Origin: an uncultured Eubacteriales bacterium
GTDB lineage: Bacteria; Bacillota; Clostridia; Christensenellales; CAG-138
DNA: 64,000 nt
Direction: 5' to 3'
Assembly (NCBI GenBank): GCA_900544965.1
Contig: UQXE01000004.1
Coordinates: 2,923 to 66,922 of the forward strand
Part shown: in pieces, positions 51,627 to 61,919 of the stretch
How positions within the stretch are numbered: position 1 is the stretch's first letter
How the letters are laid out: every line of letters begins with the position of its first letter
Made by a program: the position numbers and the translations under genes
Notes under the pieces: model-generated
What the model saw: only the letters and a program-made list of their open reading frames with translations
Databases searched by the model: none
What the model was told of the DNA's origin: nothing

Positions 51627-53594
51627 ATGAAGGCTTATACAGTAGATGATATAAAGGTAATGGAGGGACTTGAGGCGGTCCGCATCCGCCCAGGCATGTA
51701 TATAGGAAGCACGGGTCAGCGTGGCCTGCATCATATGCTGTGGGAGATAGTTGACAATGCGGTTGACGAAGCCGCAAACGGATATGCCGACCACGTAAGC
51801 GTAACCTTAAATAGGGATATGTCCATTACCGTAGAGGACAACGGTAGGGGAATACCCGTAGGCACCCATGAAAAGCTTGGCGTTTCGGGTGTTGAGGTGG
51901 TGTTTACGCGGCTTCATGCCGGCGGCAAGTTCAGCGATGCCAGTTATGCTTATTCCGGCGGGCTGCATGGAGTTGGAGCCAGTGTTGTTAATGCGCTTTC
52001 CAAGCAGCTTACCGCCGAAGTCTATTATAACGGAAGAGCATACCGACAGGAATTTTGCAGCTACATTGATGACGAAGGCAATATAAAGGCTGGAGAGCCT
52101 GTGTCGCCGCTGAAGGAGCTTGGAAGGACGCGCAAAAAGGGATCAAAGATAACCTTTTTGCCGGACATAGACGTATTTGATACTATAGAAGTAAACTTTG
52201 ACATGGTATCGAAACGTTTGCGCGAGTTGGCATATTTAAATGGGGGTGTTACCTTTACCCTTGAGGACAACAGGTCGAAAGGCGAAAACAGGAGCCGAGA
52301 GTTCCATTATAAGGGTGGGATAAGGGATTTTGTCAAAGAGCTTAATTTGGACAAAACACGCATATACGATGATCCGATTTATGTCCGCGGCACTAAAGAC
52401 GGCATCATCGTGGAAATGGCAATGCAGCATAATGACGGATATGCTGAGAATCTTTTTTCCTACGTTAACAATATCCCTACTACTGAAGGCGGAACGCATG
52501 AGTCCGGATTTAAATCCGCATTGACAAAATCAATGAACGATTATTGCCGAAGGATTAACCTGATTAAAGAAAAGGACCAGCAGCTCTCGGGAGACGACTT
52601 CAGAGAAGGCATGGTTGCCGTTCTATCCATTAAGATGCAGAATATTCAGTTTGAAGGTCAGACGAAGACGAGGCTTGGCAATACCGAGGCCAGATCCGCA
52701 GTCGACTCAATAATACTTGAAGGGCTTACAAACTATTTTGAGGATTTGAAAAATGCTGAAGTCCCAAATAAAATTGCCGACAAGGCAATAAAGGCCGCCA
52801 AGGTCAAGGAGGCCGCCCGCAAGGCCAAGAGCATGGCAAGGGAAAGGAATAAGCTTGAAAACGCTCCGCTGGTAGGAAAGCTGTCCAGCTGCACAGGCCG
52901 CAATCCTCTGGAGAACGAGTTGTTCATCGTTGAAGGGGATTCGGCCGGCGGCAGCGCGAAGCAGGGAAGGGACAGACGGTTTCAGGCCATACTGCCGCTT
53001 CGTGGAAAGCCGCTGAACGCTGAAAAAAAACGTATAGATCAGGTGCTTGCAAACGCTGAATTCAGATCAATTATAACGGCTTTGGGCACCGGTATCGGCT
53101 CTGATTTTTCACTAAGCGGCTTAAAATACGACAGAGTGATTATTTTATCGGACGCAGACCAGGATGGCGCCCATATACGCGCGATACTTCTTACTTTTTT
53201 TTATCGCTACATGAAGGAGCTTATAATAGACGGGCATGTTTATATAGGCCTTCCCCCACTGTATAAGGTTCAGAAGGGAACTTACATAGAATATGCATAT
53301 TCCGATGACGAGCTTGCAAGCGTTACAAAAGGACTGAGGGGGTATACGCTTCAAAGGTATAAAGGGCTTGGAGAGATGAACCCTGAGCAGCTGTGGGAGA
53401 CAACCATGGACCCAAGCAGGCGAACCCTTATCAGGGTCAGCATTGAGGACGCGGCGGATGTGGAAAGGATGGTAACGGTTTTGATGGGAGACGATGTAGC
53501 TCCAAGAAAAGAATATATCACCGAGTACGCGAACTTTAACAGGCAGGATTCATTCGAGGCACGCATAGAGAAGAGTGGTGTAAGCAATGGCTAA
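51627..53594 (+). CDS. parE: Type IIA topoisomerase ATPase subunit (probably topoisomerase IV ParE; GyrB not excluded)
   Basis: The start was moved to [27 protein letters not shown], which follows the RBS aaggag. The TOPRIM motif [15 protein letters not shown] is present. Assignment follows that of the partner subunit. Confidence 0.7.
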   Translation: MKAYTVDDIKVMEGLEAVRIRPGMYIGSTGQRGLHHMLWEIVDNAVDEAANGYADHVSVTLNRDMSITVEDNGRGIPVGTHEKLGVSGVEVVFTRLHAGGKFSDASYAYSGGLHGVGASVVNALSKQLTAEVYYNGRAYRQEFCSYIDDEGNIKAGEPVSPLKELGRTRKKGSKITFLPDIDVFDTIEVNFDMVSKRLRELAYLNGGVTFTLEDNRSKGENRSREFHYKGGIRDFVKELNLDKTRIYDDPIYVRGTKDGIIVEMAMQHNDGYAENLFSYVNNIPTTEGGTHESGFKSALTKSMNDYCRRINLIKEKDQQLSGDDFREGMVAVLSIKMQNIQFEGQTKTRLGNTEARSAVDSIILEGLTNYFEDLKNAEVPNKIADKAIKAAKVKEAARKAKSMARERNKLENAPLVGKLSSCTGRNPLENELFIVEGDSAGGSAKQGRDRRFQAILPLRGKPLNAEKKRIDQVLANAEFRSIITALGTGIGSDFSLSGLKYDRVIILSDADQDGAHIRAILLTFFYRYMKELIIDGHVYIGLPPLYKVQKGTYIEYAYSDDELASVTKGLRGYTLQRYKGLGEMNPEQLWETTMDPSRRTLIRVSIEDAADVERMVTVLMGDDVAPRKEYITEYANFNRQDSFEARIEKSGVSNG

Positions 53595-56001
53595 TAAAAA
53601 GAAGAGCATTCCTCCCAAGGAGGGAGAAAGGGTAATATTGCGAGGAATGGAAGAGGTAATGCACTCGTCCATGATACCATATGCGGAACATGTAATCATG
53701 GAGCGTGCACTGCCACGAGTAGAGGACGGGCTGAAGCCAGTACAGCGCAGGATATTATATACTATGCTGGAACTTGGCTTAACTCCTGACAAGCCGTTTC
53801 GAAAGAGCGCGCGTATAGTGGGCGATTGTTTGGGTAAGTATCATCCCCATGGCGATTCATCAGTTTATGATGCCATGGTCAGGATGGCCCAGAGCTTTAA
53901 TATGAGTACGCCGTTAGTAAACGGTCACGGGAACTTCGGTTCGGTAGACGGGGACAGCGCGGCAGCCATGAGGTATACAGAGGCCAGGATGACTGAGGCG
54001 GCCATGGAGCTGCTGCGGGATATTGATAAGGATACGGTTAAGTTTGGCCTTAACTTCGACGATACCCTTAAGGAGCCGGAGGTGCTTCCCGGCAGGTTTC
54101 CAAACCTGCTTGTGAACGGCTCGTCAGGAATAGCTGTGGGACTGGCCACCAACATACCTCCGCATAACCTCGTTGAAGGCATCGATGCGGTGATAGCCCA
54201 GCTGGACGACCCGGAAATAACAGTTGACGAGCTTATGGCCCACATACCCTGCCCCGACTTTCCAACAGGGGGGTTTTTGCTGCGTTCGCAGGAGATAAGG
54301 AACGCGTATTCTACAGGAAGGGGAAAGCTGACCCTTCGAGCCAGGACAAGCATTGAAGAGCAGAAAAACGGAAGAAAGCTGATAGCAATAACCGAACTGC
54401 CCTATCAGACCAATAAGGCGCGCTTGCTTGAAGATATTTTGAAGCTTAGCCAGACAAAAAAAGAATTGTTCTCGGGGATATCGGATATACGGGATGAATC
54501 GGACAGAACCGGCATGAGGGCGGTAATAGAGGTAAAAAAGGAAGCCGACGCTGAAAGAATACTGCAATACCTTTTTAAATACTCGGATCTTCAAACGACG
54601 TTTGGAGTAAATATGGTGGCAATCGTTGAGGGAAAGCCTCAGCAGATAGGCTTGAAAGAGCTGATTCATCATTACATACTCCATCAACGCGACGTCGTAA
54701 CAAGGCGAACAAGCTATGAGCTTGACAACGCTAAAAAGCGCGAACATATCCTAAGCGGCCTGATGATAGCCATTGATAATATTGACGAGGTTATAGCCAT
54801 CATCAGGGCGTCAAAGACGCCAAAGGCCGCGAGGGATTCGCTGATGCAAAGGTTTGAGCTTTCGGAGCCGCAGGCTCAGGCTATACTCGATCTCCGCCTT
54901 CAGAGGCTTACTAACCTGGAGATGACGTCTATAAAAAAGGAGTACAGGGAGATAACTAAACTCATTGAAAGGCTTAGCTGTATATTGGCCTCACCAAAAA
55001 AATTAAACGGAGTTATACGGGATGAACTTACTGAGATAAAGGGCAGGTTTGCAGCACCGCGCCGTACAAAGCTGCTTGACGAGCAACCCGTTATTGATAT
55101 ACCCGTTATAGACTTGAAAGCTCCGGAACCCGTTGTGATATCGGTGCTGCGTGATGAAAAGCTTAGAAGGATACCAAAGCGGTTATTTAATGCGGAGCAG
55201 ACTGCTGCTGAAAAGCCAATGTATGTTTTTGATACGTATACAGACAAGCGTATAAGGCTGTTTACCAATACGGGCTATTGTATGTCGCTGTGCATTGAGG
55301 ACATACCCGAATCCAAACCCAATTCGCGTCCGGTAAGCCTTGCTTCGCTAATACCTACGGAAAATGGCGAAAGGGTTGTATCAGCATTTGTTGGGGACAC
55401 TGATGGCCTGCTATTCTTTTATACTAAAAATGGAATGGCAAAGGCCACGAAAGCTTCCGAGTTTAAAACAAAACAAAAGCGCATTGTAGCGATAACGCTA
55501 AAGGATAACGATACGCTACTTGGCGTAGAACCTGAAAGCGGAGATTCAATTATAATGATTACAAGAAACGGCATGAGCATACGTTATCCCATATCGGCGA
55601 TAGCCCCGACAGGACGCTCCGCGGCAGGCGTTAAGGGCATAAAACTTGATCAGGAGGACGCTGTAATCTTTGCATGCCAGTCACAGGATGCAGGGGAGAT
55701 ACTGGTCATAAGCGACAGAGGATATATGAAGAGGAGCTTTATATTCGATTATGATCTGCAGAACAGGCATGGCAAGGGCTTGAAAACGTTTGACTTCAAA
55801 CGCAATAATTCTAATGGCAGCGAGGTGGCGGCGGCATTCTATGTAAGAGAGCCGTTTGATGTTGCTATTAAAAAGCTGCACGGGGAGGAAATTATAATCA
55901 ATACCGATAATGTGCCAATAGAGCCTAGGGCGAGCAAAGGGACACCGATGGTATTTACAGTACTTGACGATGTGATTGTGGAAGCCCATAGAAGAACTTA
56001 A
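53587..56001 (+). CDS. parC: Type IIA topoisomerase DNA-cleavage subunit (probably topoisomerase IV ParC)
   Basis: The active-site region [10 protein letters not shown] is present. [10 protein letters not shown] resembles the ParC/GrlA form. I could not find a GyrA-box (QRRGGKG-like) in the C-terminal domain. The locus is not next to dnaA/dnaN. Confidence 0.65.
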   Translation: MANKKKSIPPKEGERVILRGMEEVMHSSMIPYAEHVIMERALPRVEDGLKPVQRRILYTMLELGLTPDKPFRKSARIVGDCLGKYHPHGDSSVYDAMVRMAQSFNMSTPLVNGHGNFGSVDGDSAAAMRYTEARMTEAAMELLRDIDKDTVKFGLNFDDTLKEPEVLPGRFPNLLVNGSSGIAVGLATNIPPHNLVEGIDAVIAQLDDPEITVDELMAHIPCPDFPTGGFLLRSQEIRNAYSTGRGKLTLRARTSIEEQKNGRKLIAITELPYQTNKARLLEDILKLSQTKKELFSGISDIRDESDRTGMRAVIEVKKEADAERILQYLFKYSDLQTTFGVNMVAIVEGKPQQIGLKELIHHYILHQRDVVTRRTSYELDNAKKREHILSGLMIAIDNIDEVIAIIRASKTPKAARDSLMQRFELSEPQAQAILDLRLQRLTNLEMTSIKKEYREITKLIERLSCILASPKKLNGVIRDELTEIKGRFAAPRRTKLLDEQPVIDIPVIDLKAPEPVVISVLRDEKLRRIPKRLFNAEQTAAEKPMYVFDTYTDKRIRLFTNTGYCMSLCIEDIPESKPNSRPVSLASLIPTENGERVVSAFVGDTDGLLFFYTKNGMAKATKASEFKTKQKRIVAITLKDNDTLLGVEPESGDSIIMITRNGMSIRYPISAIAPTGRSAAGVKGIKLDQEDAVIFACQSQDAGEILVISDRGYMKRSFIFDYDLQNRHGKGLKTFDFKRNNSNGSEVAAAFYVREPFDVAIKKLHGEEIIINTDNVPIEPRASKGTPMVFTVLDDVIVEAHRRT

Positions 56002-56060
56002 ACCATATATTGAATGATTATTTGTACAAAACAGGGGCATATATGCCTCTACCAGGCCTG

Positions 56061-56101
56061 CAAAGAACCTCATCAGCGCAAAGCGCAGACGAGGTTCTTT
56101 G
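56061..56101 (+). terminator. Hairpin terminator after parC
   Basis: caaagaacctcatc pairs with gacgaggttctttg (one mismatch). The loop contains gcgc-aaa-gcgc. Confidence 0.6.
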
Positions 56102-56352
56102 TATTAGGAAGAGAAAACAAGCTTTTCAGTGAAGAATAAACGGTGCTTCCACTTGTGTATTGCGAGTTTTTGGGGGCTCATGGCAGCATATTTGAGCGTA
56201 ACACAGATGGTTACTGCTCAGGCTGTAAAAAAGCCCCGCTAGCGAGGGACTTTTTTGACAACCTGAAGGGGTATATATGCCCCTGTTTGCATAAGGAACC
56301 GATTTTAGGAATATTCTTTAAGGTCAATACGATGGGGGAGAGAAATACGCAT

Positions 56353-56967
56353 ATGATGGAAAATAACCGTATACACATCGAAGGAACGGTGGAAAGCGTT
56401 CCTGAATATAGTCACCACCTGTATGGCGAGGCCTTTTATACACTAAGGCTTTCTGTTGGACGGCTTAGCGGAGTGAAGGATATACTGCCAGTTACGATCT
56501 CTGACAGGCTCCTTCCCAAGATTGATATCGGCGACGGACTATCTATAAATGGTCAGCTCCGCTCTTACAATAAGCAATCCGATGGAGCCAGCCGGCTGAT
56601 AATAACGGCATTTGCCAGGTATGCCGAGAGGACAGAGGAAATAAAGCCGCACAACGAGGTCGTTTTGAATGGATTCATATGCAAGCCGGTAATATATAGA
56701 ACTACGCCTTTTGAGCGGGAAATAGCCGATATATTAATAGCGGTAAACAGGGCGTATAACAAATCCGATTATCTGCCGTGCATAGCCTGGGGAAGAAACG
56801 CGAGATATGCCGGAACCTTAAATGTTGGAGACGCAATACTGTTAAATGGAAGACTTCAAAGCCGTGAATATCAAAAAAGGTTACCAAATGGAGAAATACT
56901 GACCAGGACGGCTTATGAGGTGTCAGCTTCAACTCTTGAACCTGTGGACGCAGCTTTCCGCTTATGA
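56353..56967 (+). CDS. SSB-like protein with two tandem OB folds
   Basis: The start was moved to MMENNRIHIEGTV. Both halves follow the SSB OB-fold pattern (N.I.L.G.. then GD.I.I.G.L....Y). There is no acidic C-terminal tail. Confidence 0.6.
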   Translation: MMENNRIHIEGTVESVPEYSHHLYGEAFYTLRLSVGRLSGVKDILPVTISDRLLPKIDIGDGLSINGQLRSYNKQSDGASRLIITAFARYAERTEEIKPHNEVVLNGFICKPVIYRTTPFEREIADILIAVNRAYNKSDYLPCIAWGRNARYAGTLNVGDAILLNGRLQSREYQKRLPNGEILTRTAYEVSASTLEPVDAAFRL

Positions 56968-57006
56968 TAAAATACATATAAGTGTATTTTATTATGGAGG
57001 TATTTT

Positions 57007-57765
57007 ATGCGAATATGCAGGGTTATGGCAGATACTGAGAGCTTCTATGGCGTAATTGATGGAAATAGGGTTTACCGTTTAAAGGGGATTCCGTTTGATA
57101 GAATTGATTATACGGGACTGGAATATGACCTTGATACAGTTAAGCTGCTTGCCCCCTGTCAGCCGTCAAAAGTTGTAGCTGTAGGAAAGAATTATGCGGC
57201 GCACGCGGATGAGATGGGCGAGGGCAGGCCAAAAGAGCCTCTGCTGTTTTTAAAGCCCAGCACGAGCGTTATTGGGCCAAACGAGCGTATTGTGTATCCG
57301 AGTATCAGCAAAAGGCTGGATTATGAGGGCGAGCTGGGCGTTGTTATCGGCAGAAAATGCAGAAACATAAAGCCGGGCCATGCGCGGGAATACATCTTTG
57401 GGTATACATGTCTTAACGACGTTACAGCAAGGGATATACAAAAAAGCGACCCCCAATGGACGAGGGGCAAGGGATTTGATACTTTTTGCCCGATCGGGCC
57501 TCATATTGAAACAGAGCTGGATGCTTCGCGACTAAGCATTGTTACACGTTTAAATGGGGAGGTGCGGCAGAAATCGACCACTGATATGATGACATATAAC
57601 ATCGATGAACTGATCTGCTATATAACCGAGGTTATGACGCTTCTCCCAGGTGATATAGTAGCGACTGGCACGCCGGAAGGAATAGGGAGCATGGAGGAAG
57701 GCGACCTGGTGGAAGTTGAAATAGAGGGCATAGGCGTGTTGGAAAACACTGTCGTGAGGGATTGA
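57007..57765 (+). CDS. Fumarylacetoacetate hydrolase family protein
   Basis: FAH-family motifs are present: GKNY..H, YEGELGVVIG, GTPEG. Confidence 0.85.
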   Translation: MRICRVMADTESFYGVIDGNRVYRLKGIPFDRIDYTGLEYDLDTVKLLAPCQPSKVVAVGKNYAAHADEMGEGRPKEPLLFLKPSTSVIGPNERIVYPSISKRLDYEGELGVVIGRKCRNIKPGHAREYIFGYTCLNDVTARDIQKSDPQWTRGKGFDTFCPIGPHIETELDASRLSIVTRLNGEVRQKSTTDMMTYNIDELICYITEVMTLLPGDIVATGTPEGIGSMEEGDLVEVEIEGIGVLENTVVRD

Positions 57766-59510
57766 TGGACGGATTGACTTTGGCGGCCGCGGTAAGCGAA
57801 TTGGGTGTGCTTATTGACGGCAAGATAGATAGGATTCAACAGCCTGGAAGGGACGAGCTGATTATTACTGTGCGTTCATACGGCTCCGCTTACAGGCTGC
57901 TGTTATCATCCTCTGCGGAAAATAGCCGTGTTCAGCTTACAAGCCAGCGGCCGGAAAATCCGGCCGAACCCCCAATGTTTTGCATGCTGTTGAGGAAACA
58001 TCTGACGGGGGGAAGAATATTGTCGGTCGATCAACCGAATTTTGATAGAATTGTTGTTTTTCGCGTTTCCACATACAATGATTTGGGCGACTCGGCAGTC
58101 TATAAGCTAGTATGTGAAGTTATGGGGAAGCATTCGAATATAATGCTGGTCAACGAAAAGGGCACTATACTTGATTCTATTAAGCGTGTTGACCTCTCCA
58201 TGTCAGCCGTGCGTCCAATAATGCCAGGAGTGGTATACAGCATTCCAAAAACCCAGGAAAAGCTTGATCCGCGGCACGCTGCATACAATGATTTTATGGC
58301 TGCGGTGGAAGCTGAGGGCAGGCTGGATAAAAAGCTTAGCGGGTCATTTTACGGCCTATCGCCGGATATGGCAAAGCTGCTTTCAAACTATATAGGCGTT
58401 TCAAAAGACCGCTGCGAAATGCTCGAAGATACCGAGAAGCACAGACTTTGCTCTGGGCTGGTCGGCTTCTATGCTGATGTAAATGCGGGTAAGTTCACTC
58501 CGGCGGCTGTTTGCGGACCTGGCGGCGCTGTAAAGGCCGTTTATCCGTTCCCGCCTTCACATTTAGAAACGGTAGACTACCCAAGCGTATGGGAAGCTCT
58601 GGACTCGATGTATTCCAACAGAGACGTTGCTGACAGGTTGAGACAGCGTTATTTGTCGCTGCAAAAGCTGATTCAAAACGCTATCGCACGTTGTGAACGA
58701 AAGCTTAACATGTTATCAGAGGAATGCCCCTCAGAGGATGAGCTAGAGCGTATGAGGCTGAACGGTGAACTGATAACGGCAAACTTATACCGAATTAACA
58801 AGGGGATGACCGAGTTTGTTGCCGAAAATTATTACTGTGACCCGCCAAGCAAAACTATTATTACGCTAGATCCTAAACTTTCGCCATCCGAGAACGCTCA
58901 GCTATATTACAAACGCTACAGGAAGGGTCAGAGAGCCAGAGAGAAGAGCTGTGAGCAGATGAGGGAAACATCGCATGAGTTGGCTTATCTGGAAGGCCAG
59001 TTGGATAACCTTGCCAAGTGCGAGGTACAATCCGATATCGAAGAGATAAGGGAGGAGATGGTAGCGCTAAGATATATCCGCAAGTCATCGGTAAAGAAAT
59101 CAAGAAAGGTTAAGCCCACAGTTTCAAATCCGATGCGGTTCGTATCATCCGACGGCATAGAGCTCATGGTTGGCAAAAATAATCGCCAAAACGATATGCT
59201 TACCCTAAAAATGGCAAGACCTAACGACTGGTGGTTTCACGCAAAGGATATTCCAGGATCCCATGTTGTAGCGCAGCATACCGGCGAACTGCCAAGGCAG
59301 ACACTGTTTGAGGCTGCACTCTTAGCCTCCTATTACAGCCGTTCAAGAACTGGCGAAAACGTACCCGTTGACTATACCCTCAAAAGATTTGTAAAAAAGC
59401 CTGCCGGAGCCAAACCTGGAATGGTAATATATACAGACCAAAAAACAATATATGTCACACCTGATGAACAAACCGTTTTAAAGTTATTGGATAACGCAAA
59501 AAATAGTTAG
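57762..59510 (+). CDS. rqcH: NFACT-family ribosome quality control protein (RqcH / FbpA-like)
   Basis: 582 aa with an NFACT-N pattern, a central coiled coil, and a C-terminal NFACT-R region (WWFHAKDIPGSHVV). Confidence 0.85.
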   Translation: MMDGLTLAAAVSELGVLIDGKIDRIQQPGRDELIITVRSYGSAYRLLLSSSAENSRVQLTSQRPENPAEPPMFCMLLRKHLTGGRILSVDQPNFDRIVVFRVSTYNDLGDSAVYKLVCEVMGKHSNIMLVNEKGTILDSIKRVDLSMSAVRPIMPGVVYSIPKTQEKLDPRHAAYNDFMAAVEAEGRLDKKLSGSFYGLSPDMAKLLSNYIGVSKDRCEMLEDTEKHRLCSGLVGFYADVNAGKFTPAAVCGPGGAVKAVYPFPPSHLETVDYPSVWEALDSMYSNRDVADRLRQRYLSLQKLIQNAIARCERKLNMLSEECPSEDELERMRLNGELITANLYRINKGMTEFVAENYYCDPPSKTIITLDPKLSPSENAQLYYKRYRKGQRAREKSCEQMRETSHELAYLEGQLDNLAKCEVQSDIEEIREEMVALRYIRKSSVKKSRKVKPTVSNPMRFVSSDGIELMVGKNNRQNDMLTLKMARPNDWWFHAKDIPGSHVVAQHTGELPRQTLFEAALLASYYSRSRTGENVPVDYTLKRFVKKPAGAKPGMVIYTDQKTIYVTPDEQTVLKLLDNAKNS

Positions 59511-59679
59511 TTATTTGTGCTTAACCAGCTTATTGACTAACATTTGCATATAAATTATACTAAATATATGCATTATGTAATACCAATATGGTAACAAATG
59601 CTGGACGCTAACCATACTTGATACGAAATACGAAGCGGAGGAATATTGATATTGAATTTATTATGAAAGGAGCGAATAT

Positions 59680-61200
59680 ATGAACAAAAATTTAAAAGGA
59701 AAAATTAAAGAATCGCTCTCATCTGTATTACCTATAACTGTAATAGTGCTTATATTGAGCATTACCGTTTCGCCGATGCCTATAGGAACGCTTGTGTTGT
59801 TTATGGCGGGGGCCGCGCTGTTGATAGTGGGTATGGGATTTTTCACATTAGGCGCCGACATGTCGATGCTGCCCTTTGGCGAGGGCGCTGGAGAACAAAT
59901 AACTAAAATAGGCAAGTTGGGCATAATCCTTCCGATATGCTTTTTGATCGGGTTTATAATAACCATCGCCGAGCCGGATCTGTCGGTTCTGGCTACACAG
60001 GTTCCATCAATTCCAAACGCAGTAATAATAATAACCGTAGCCGCCGGCGTAGGTATATTTCTGATAATGGCAATGCTCAGGATACTGTTTAGAATTCCCC
60101 TTAAATATGTACTTTTGGCTTTATATGTATTTACCTTCATTTTTTCAGTATTTATTCCAAAGTCGTTTTTAGCTGTAGCGTTTGATTCCGGAGGTGTTAC
60201 GACAGGACCGATTACAGTTCCCTTTATCATGGCGCTGGGAATAGGCATGTCGTTGGTGCGAAGCGATAGGGATTCTCAGGATGATAGCTTTGGACTTGTT
60301 TCCATATGCAGCATTGGGCCGATTTTGGCAGTTATGCTTCTAGGAATTTTCTATACGCCGAGCGGAGCTTCATACTCCGCTATTTCGGTTCCTTTGGTCG
60401 AGACCACCTCTGACGTTGCAGCGGCATTTACCACGGGAATTCCCATGTATTTAAAAGAAGTCGCGCTTGCATTGCTTCCCATTATGGTCATGTTTGCGAT
60501 TTTCCAGCTAATTACCGGCATGTTTAAAAAACGCCCGTTAAAACGCATTGGCATAGGAGTGATCTATACCTATATAGGCCTTGTATTGTTTCTAACGGGT
60601 GTAAACGTCGGATTTATGCCGGCTGGCCATTATATAGGCACCCTTATTGGGAGCCTGGACTATAACTGGATTCTGATACCGCTTGGCATGGTTATAGGTT
60701 ACTTTATCGTAAAGGCGGAGCCTGCCGTACATGTTCTTAACAAGCAGGTTGCCGAGATATCAAACGGAGCGGTATCATCAAAGGCTATGCAGCGGAGCCT
60801 GTCCATAGGTGTTGCGATATCGGTGGGGATTGCCATGCTGAGGGTAGTTACATCAATTTCAATACTTTGGTTTTTGATACCCGGTTACCTGATCGCGATC
60901 ATCCTATCCTTTATCGTACCGAATATTTTTGTTGGGATAGCGTTTGACTCGGGCGGAGTGACCAGCGGCCCCATGACGGCCGCCTTCATACTGCCGCTGG
61001 CTATGGGCGCGTGTGAAGCGCTTGGGGGCAATATTTTGCTTGACGCGTTCGGCGCCGTGGCGATGGTGGCCATGACTCCCCTCATAACGGTACAGATTAT
61101 GGGGCTTGCCAGCAAACGGAAGATGGCCCGCATACAGCTTGTGAGCAATATTCCAGATGATGATATCATAGATTATGAGGAGGTAATGGTTAATGCATAA
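59680..61200 (+). CDS. DUF1538 family membrane protein (internally duplicated)
   Basis: 506 aa and polytopic. The two halves each carry AFDSGGVT(T/S)GP(I/M)T. Confidence 0.75.
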   Translation: MNKNLKGKIKESLSSVLPITVIVLILSITVSPMPIGTLVLFMAGAALLIVGMGFFTLGADMSMLPFGEGAGEQITKIGKLGIILPICFLIGFIITIAEPDLSVLATQVPSIPNAVIIITVAAGVGIFLIMAMLRILFRIPLKYVLLALYVFTFIFSVFIPKSFLAVAFDSGGVTTGPITVPFIMALGIGMSLVRSDRDSQDDSFGLVSICSIGPILAVMLLGIFYTPSGASYSAISVPLVETTSDVAAAFTTGIPMYLKEVALALLPIMVMFAIFQLITGMFKKRPLKRIGIGVIYTYIGLVLFLTGVNVGFMPAGHYIGTLIGSLDYNWILIPLGMVIGYFIVKAEPAVHVLNKQVAEISNGAVSSKAMQRSLSIGVAISVGIAMLRVVTSISILWFLIPGYLIAIILSFIVPNIFVGIAFDSGGVTSGPMTAAFILPLAMGACEALGGNILLDAFGAVAMVAMTPLITVQIMGLASKRKMARIQLVSNIPDDDIIDYEEVMVNA

Positions 61201-61873
61201 TTACCATGAAGACGCTTTAAAGCTTCTCATAACAATAGTTGACAGGGGCAAGGGGGAGAGGATCGCCGAAATCGCCGATATAAGGTTGTTTCACATAAGC
61301 CTTATGTGCCTGGGTCATGGGACGGCCGATTCTGAAATAATGGATCTTCTTGGATTGGGCAGCACTGATAAGGATGTTTTGCTCACCCTGACGCCATACT
61401 CGCATATACCTCAAATCCTGGCCGATATCTCGGATAAGATGCAGTTGAAAAAGCCTGGTAAAGGCATTGCCTTTATACTGCCGCTGTCAGGAATAAATAA
61501 GCTGACCTCCGACGTACTCTTGCACGATAACCCTGAGATAGAAAGTGAAGTGAAAAAAATGGAAGACGATGTGAAATACCAGCTAATAATCGCGGCCTTA
61601 AACCCAGGATATTCCGAACAGGTTATGGATGCAGCGAAAGCAAGCGGGGCAACTGGCGGAACGGTATTAAACGCCCGTGGAGTTAGGCTGGAGGGCTTTA
61701 AGCGGTTTTTAGGCATCTCTCTACAGGATAAGAAGGAGTTGCTTATAATCTTGGCCCCTGCCGCCGTACGTACGGCGATAATGAAAGCAATAAGCGAAAA
61801 ATTTGGACTTAAAACCGATTGCAAGGCAATAGTAATGTCTTTACCGGTGGATGGCATAGCCGGTATTGGATAA
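61193..61873 (+). CDS. Fused tandem PII-like (GlnB-fold) protein
   Basis: 226 aa. Two beta-alpha-beta-loop-beta-alpha-beta units are recognisable (LITIVDRGKGE.., LIIAALNPGYSEQVMDAAKASGATGGTVLNARG..IVMSLPVD). The start overlaps the DUF1538 stop. Confidence 0.6.
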   Translation: MHNYHEDALKLLITIVDRGKGERIAEIADIRLFHISLMCLGHGTADSEIMDLLGLGSTDKDVLLTLTPYSHIPQILADISDKMQLKKPGKGIAFILPLSGINKLTSDVLLHDNPEIESEVKKMEDDVKYQLIIAALNPGYSEQVMDAAKASGATGGTVLNARGVRLEGFKRFLGISLQDKKELLIILAPAAVRTAIMKAISEKFGLKTDCKAIVMSLPVDGIAGIG

Positions 61874-61919
61874 AAAAATCAAAAGTGCCGCCCCTAGTAC
61901 CGGCACTTTTGATTTTTTA
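61872..61919. terminator. Bidirectional terminator
   Basis: atcaaaagtgccg pairs with cggcacttttgat (13-bp perfect stem), flanked by A7 and T6 runs. Confidence 0.85.

Noticed and set aside
51627-56001. Calling the pair gyrB/gyrA
   Set aside because: The A subunit lacks a visible GyrA-box and carries ParC-like motifs, and the locus is not origin-proximal. The gyrase call is kept as a lower-probability alternative, not excluded.
56143-56352. N-terminal 70-aa extension of the SSB-like ORF in the track (start at 56143)
   Set aside because: The extension spans terminator-like hairpins and has no RBS. The ATG pair at 56353/56356 follows a purine-rich RBS and gives a protein that begins where the OB fold starts.
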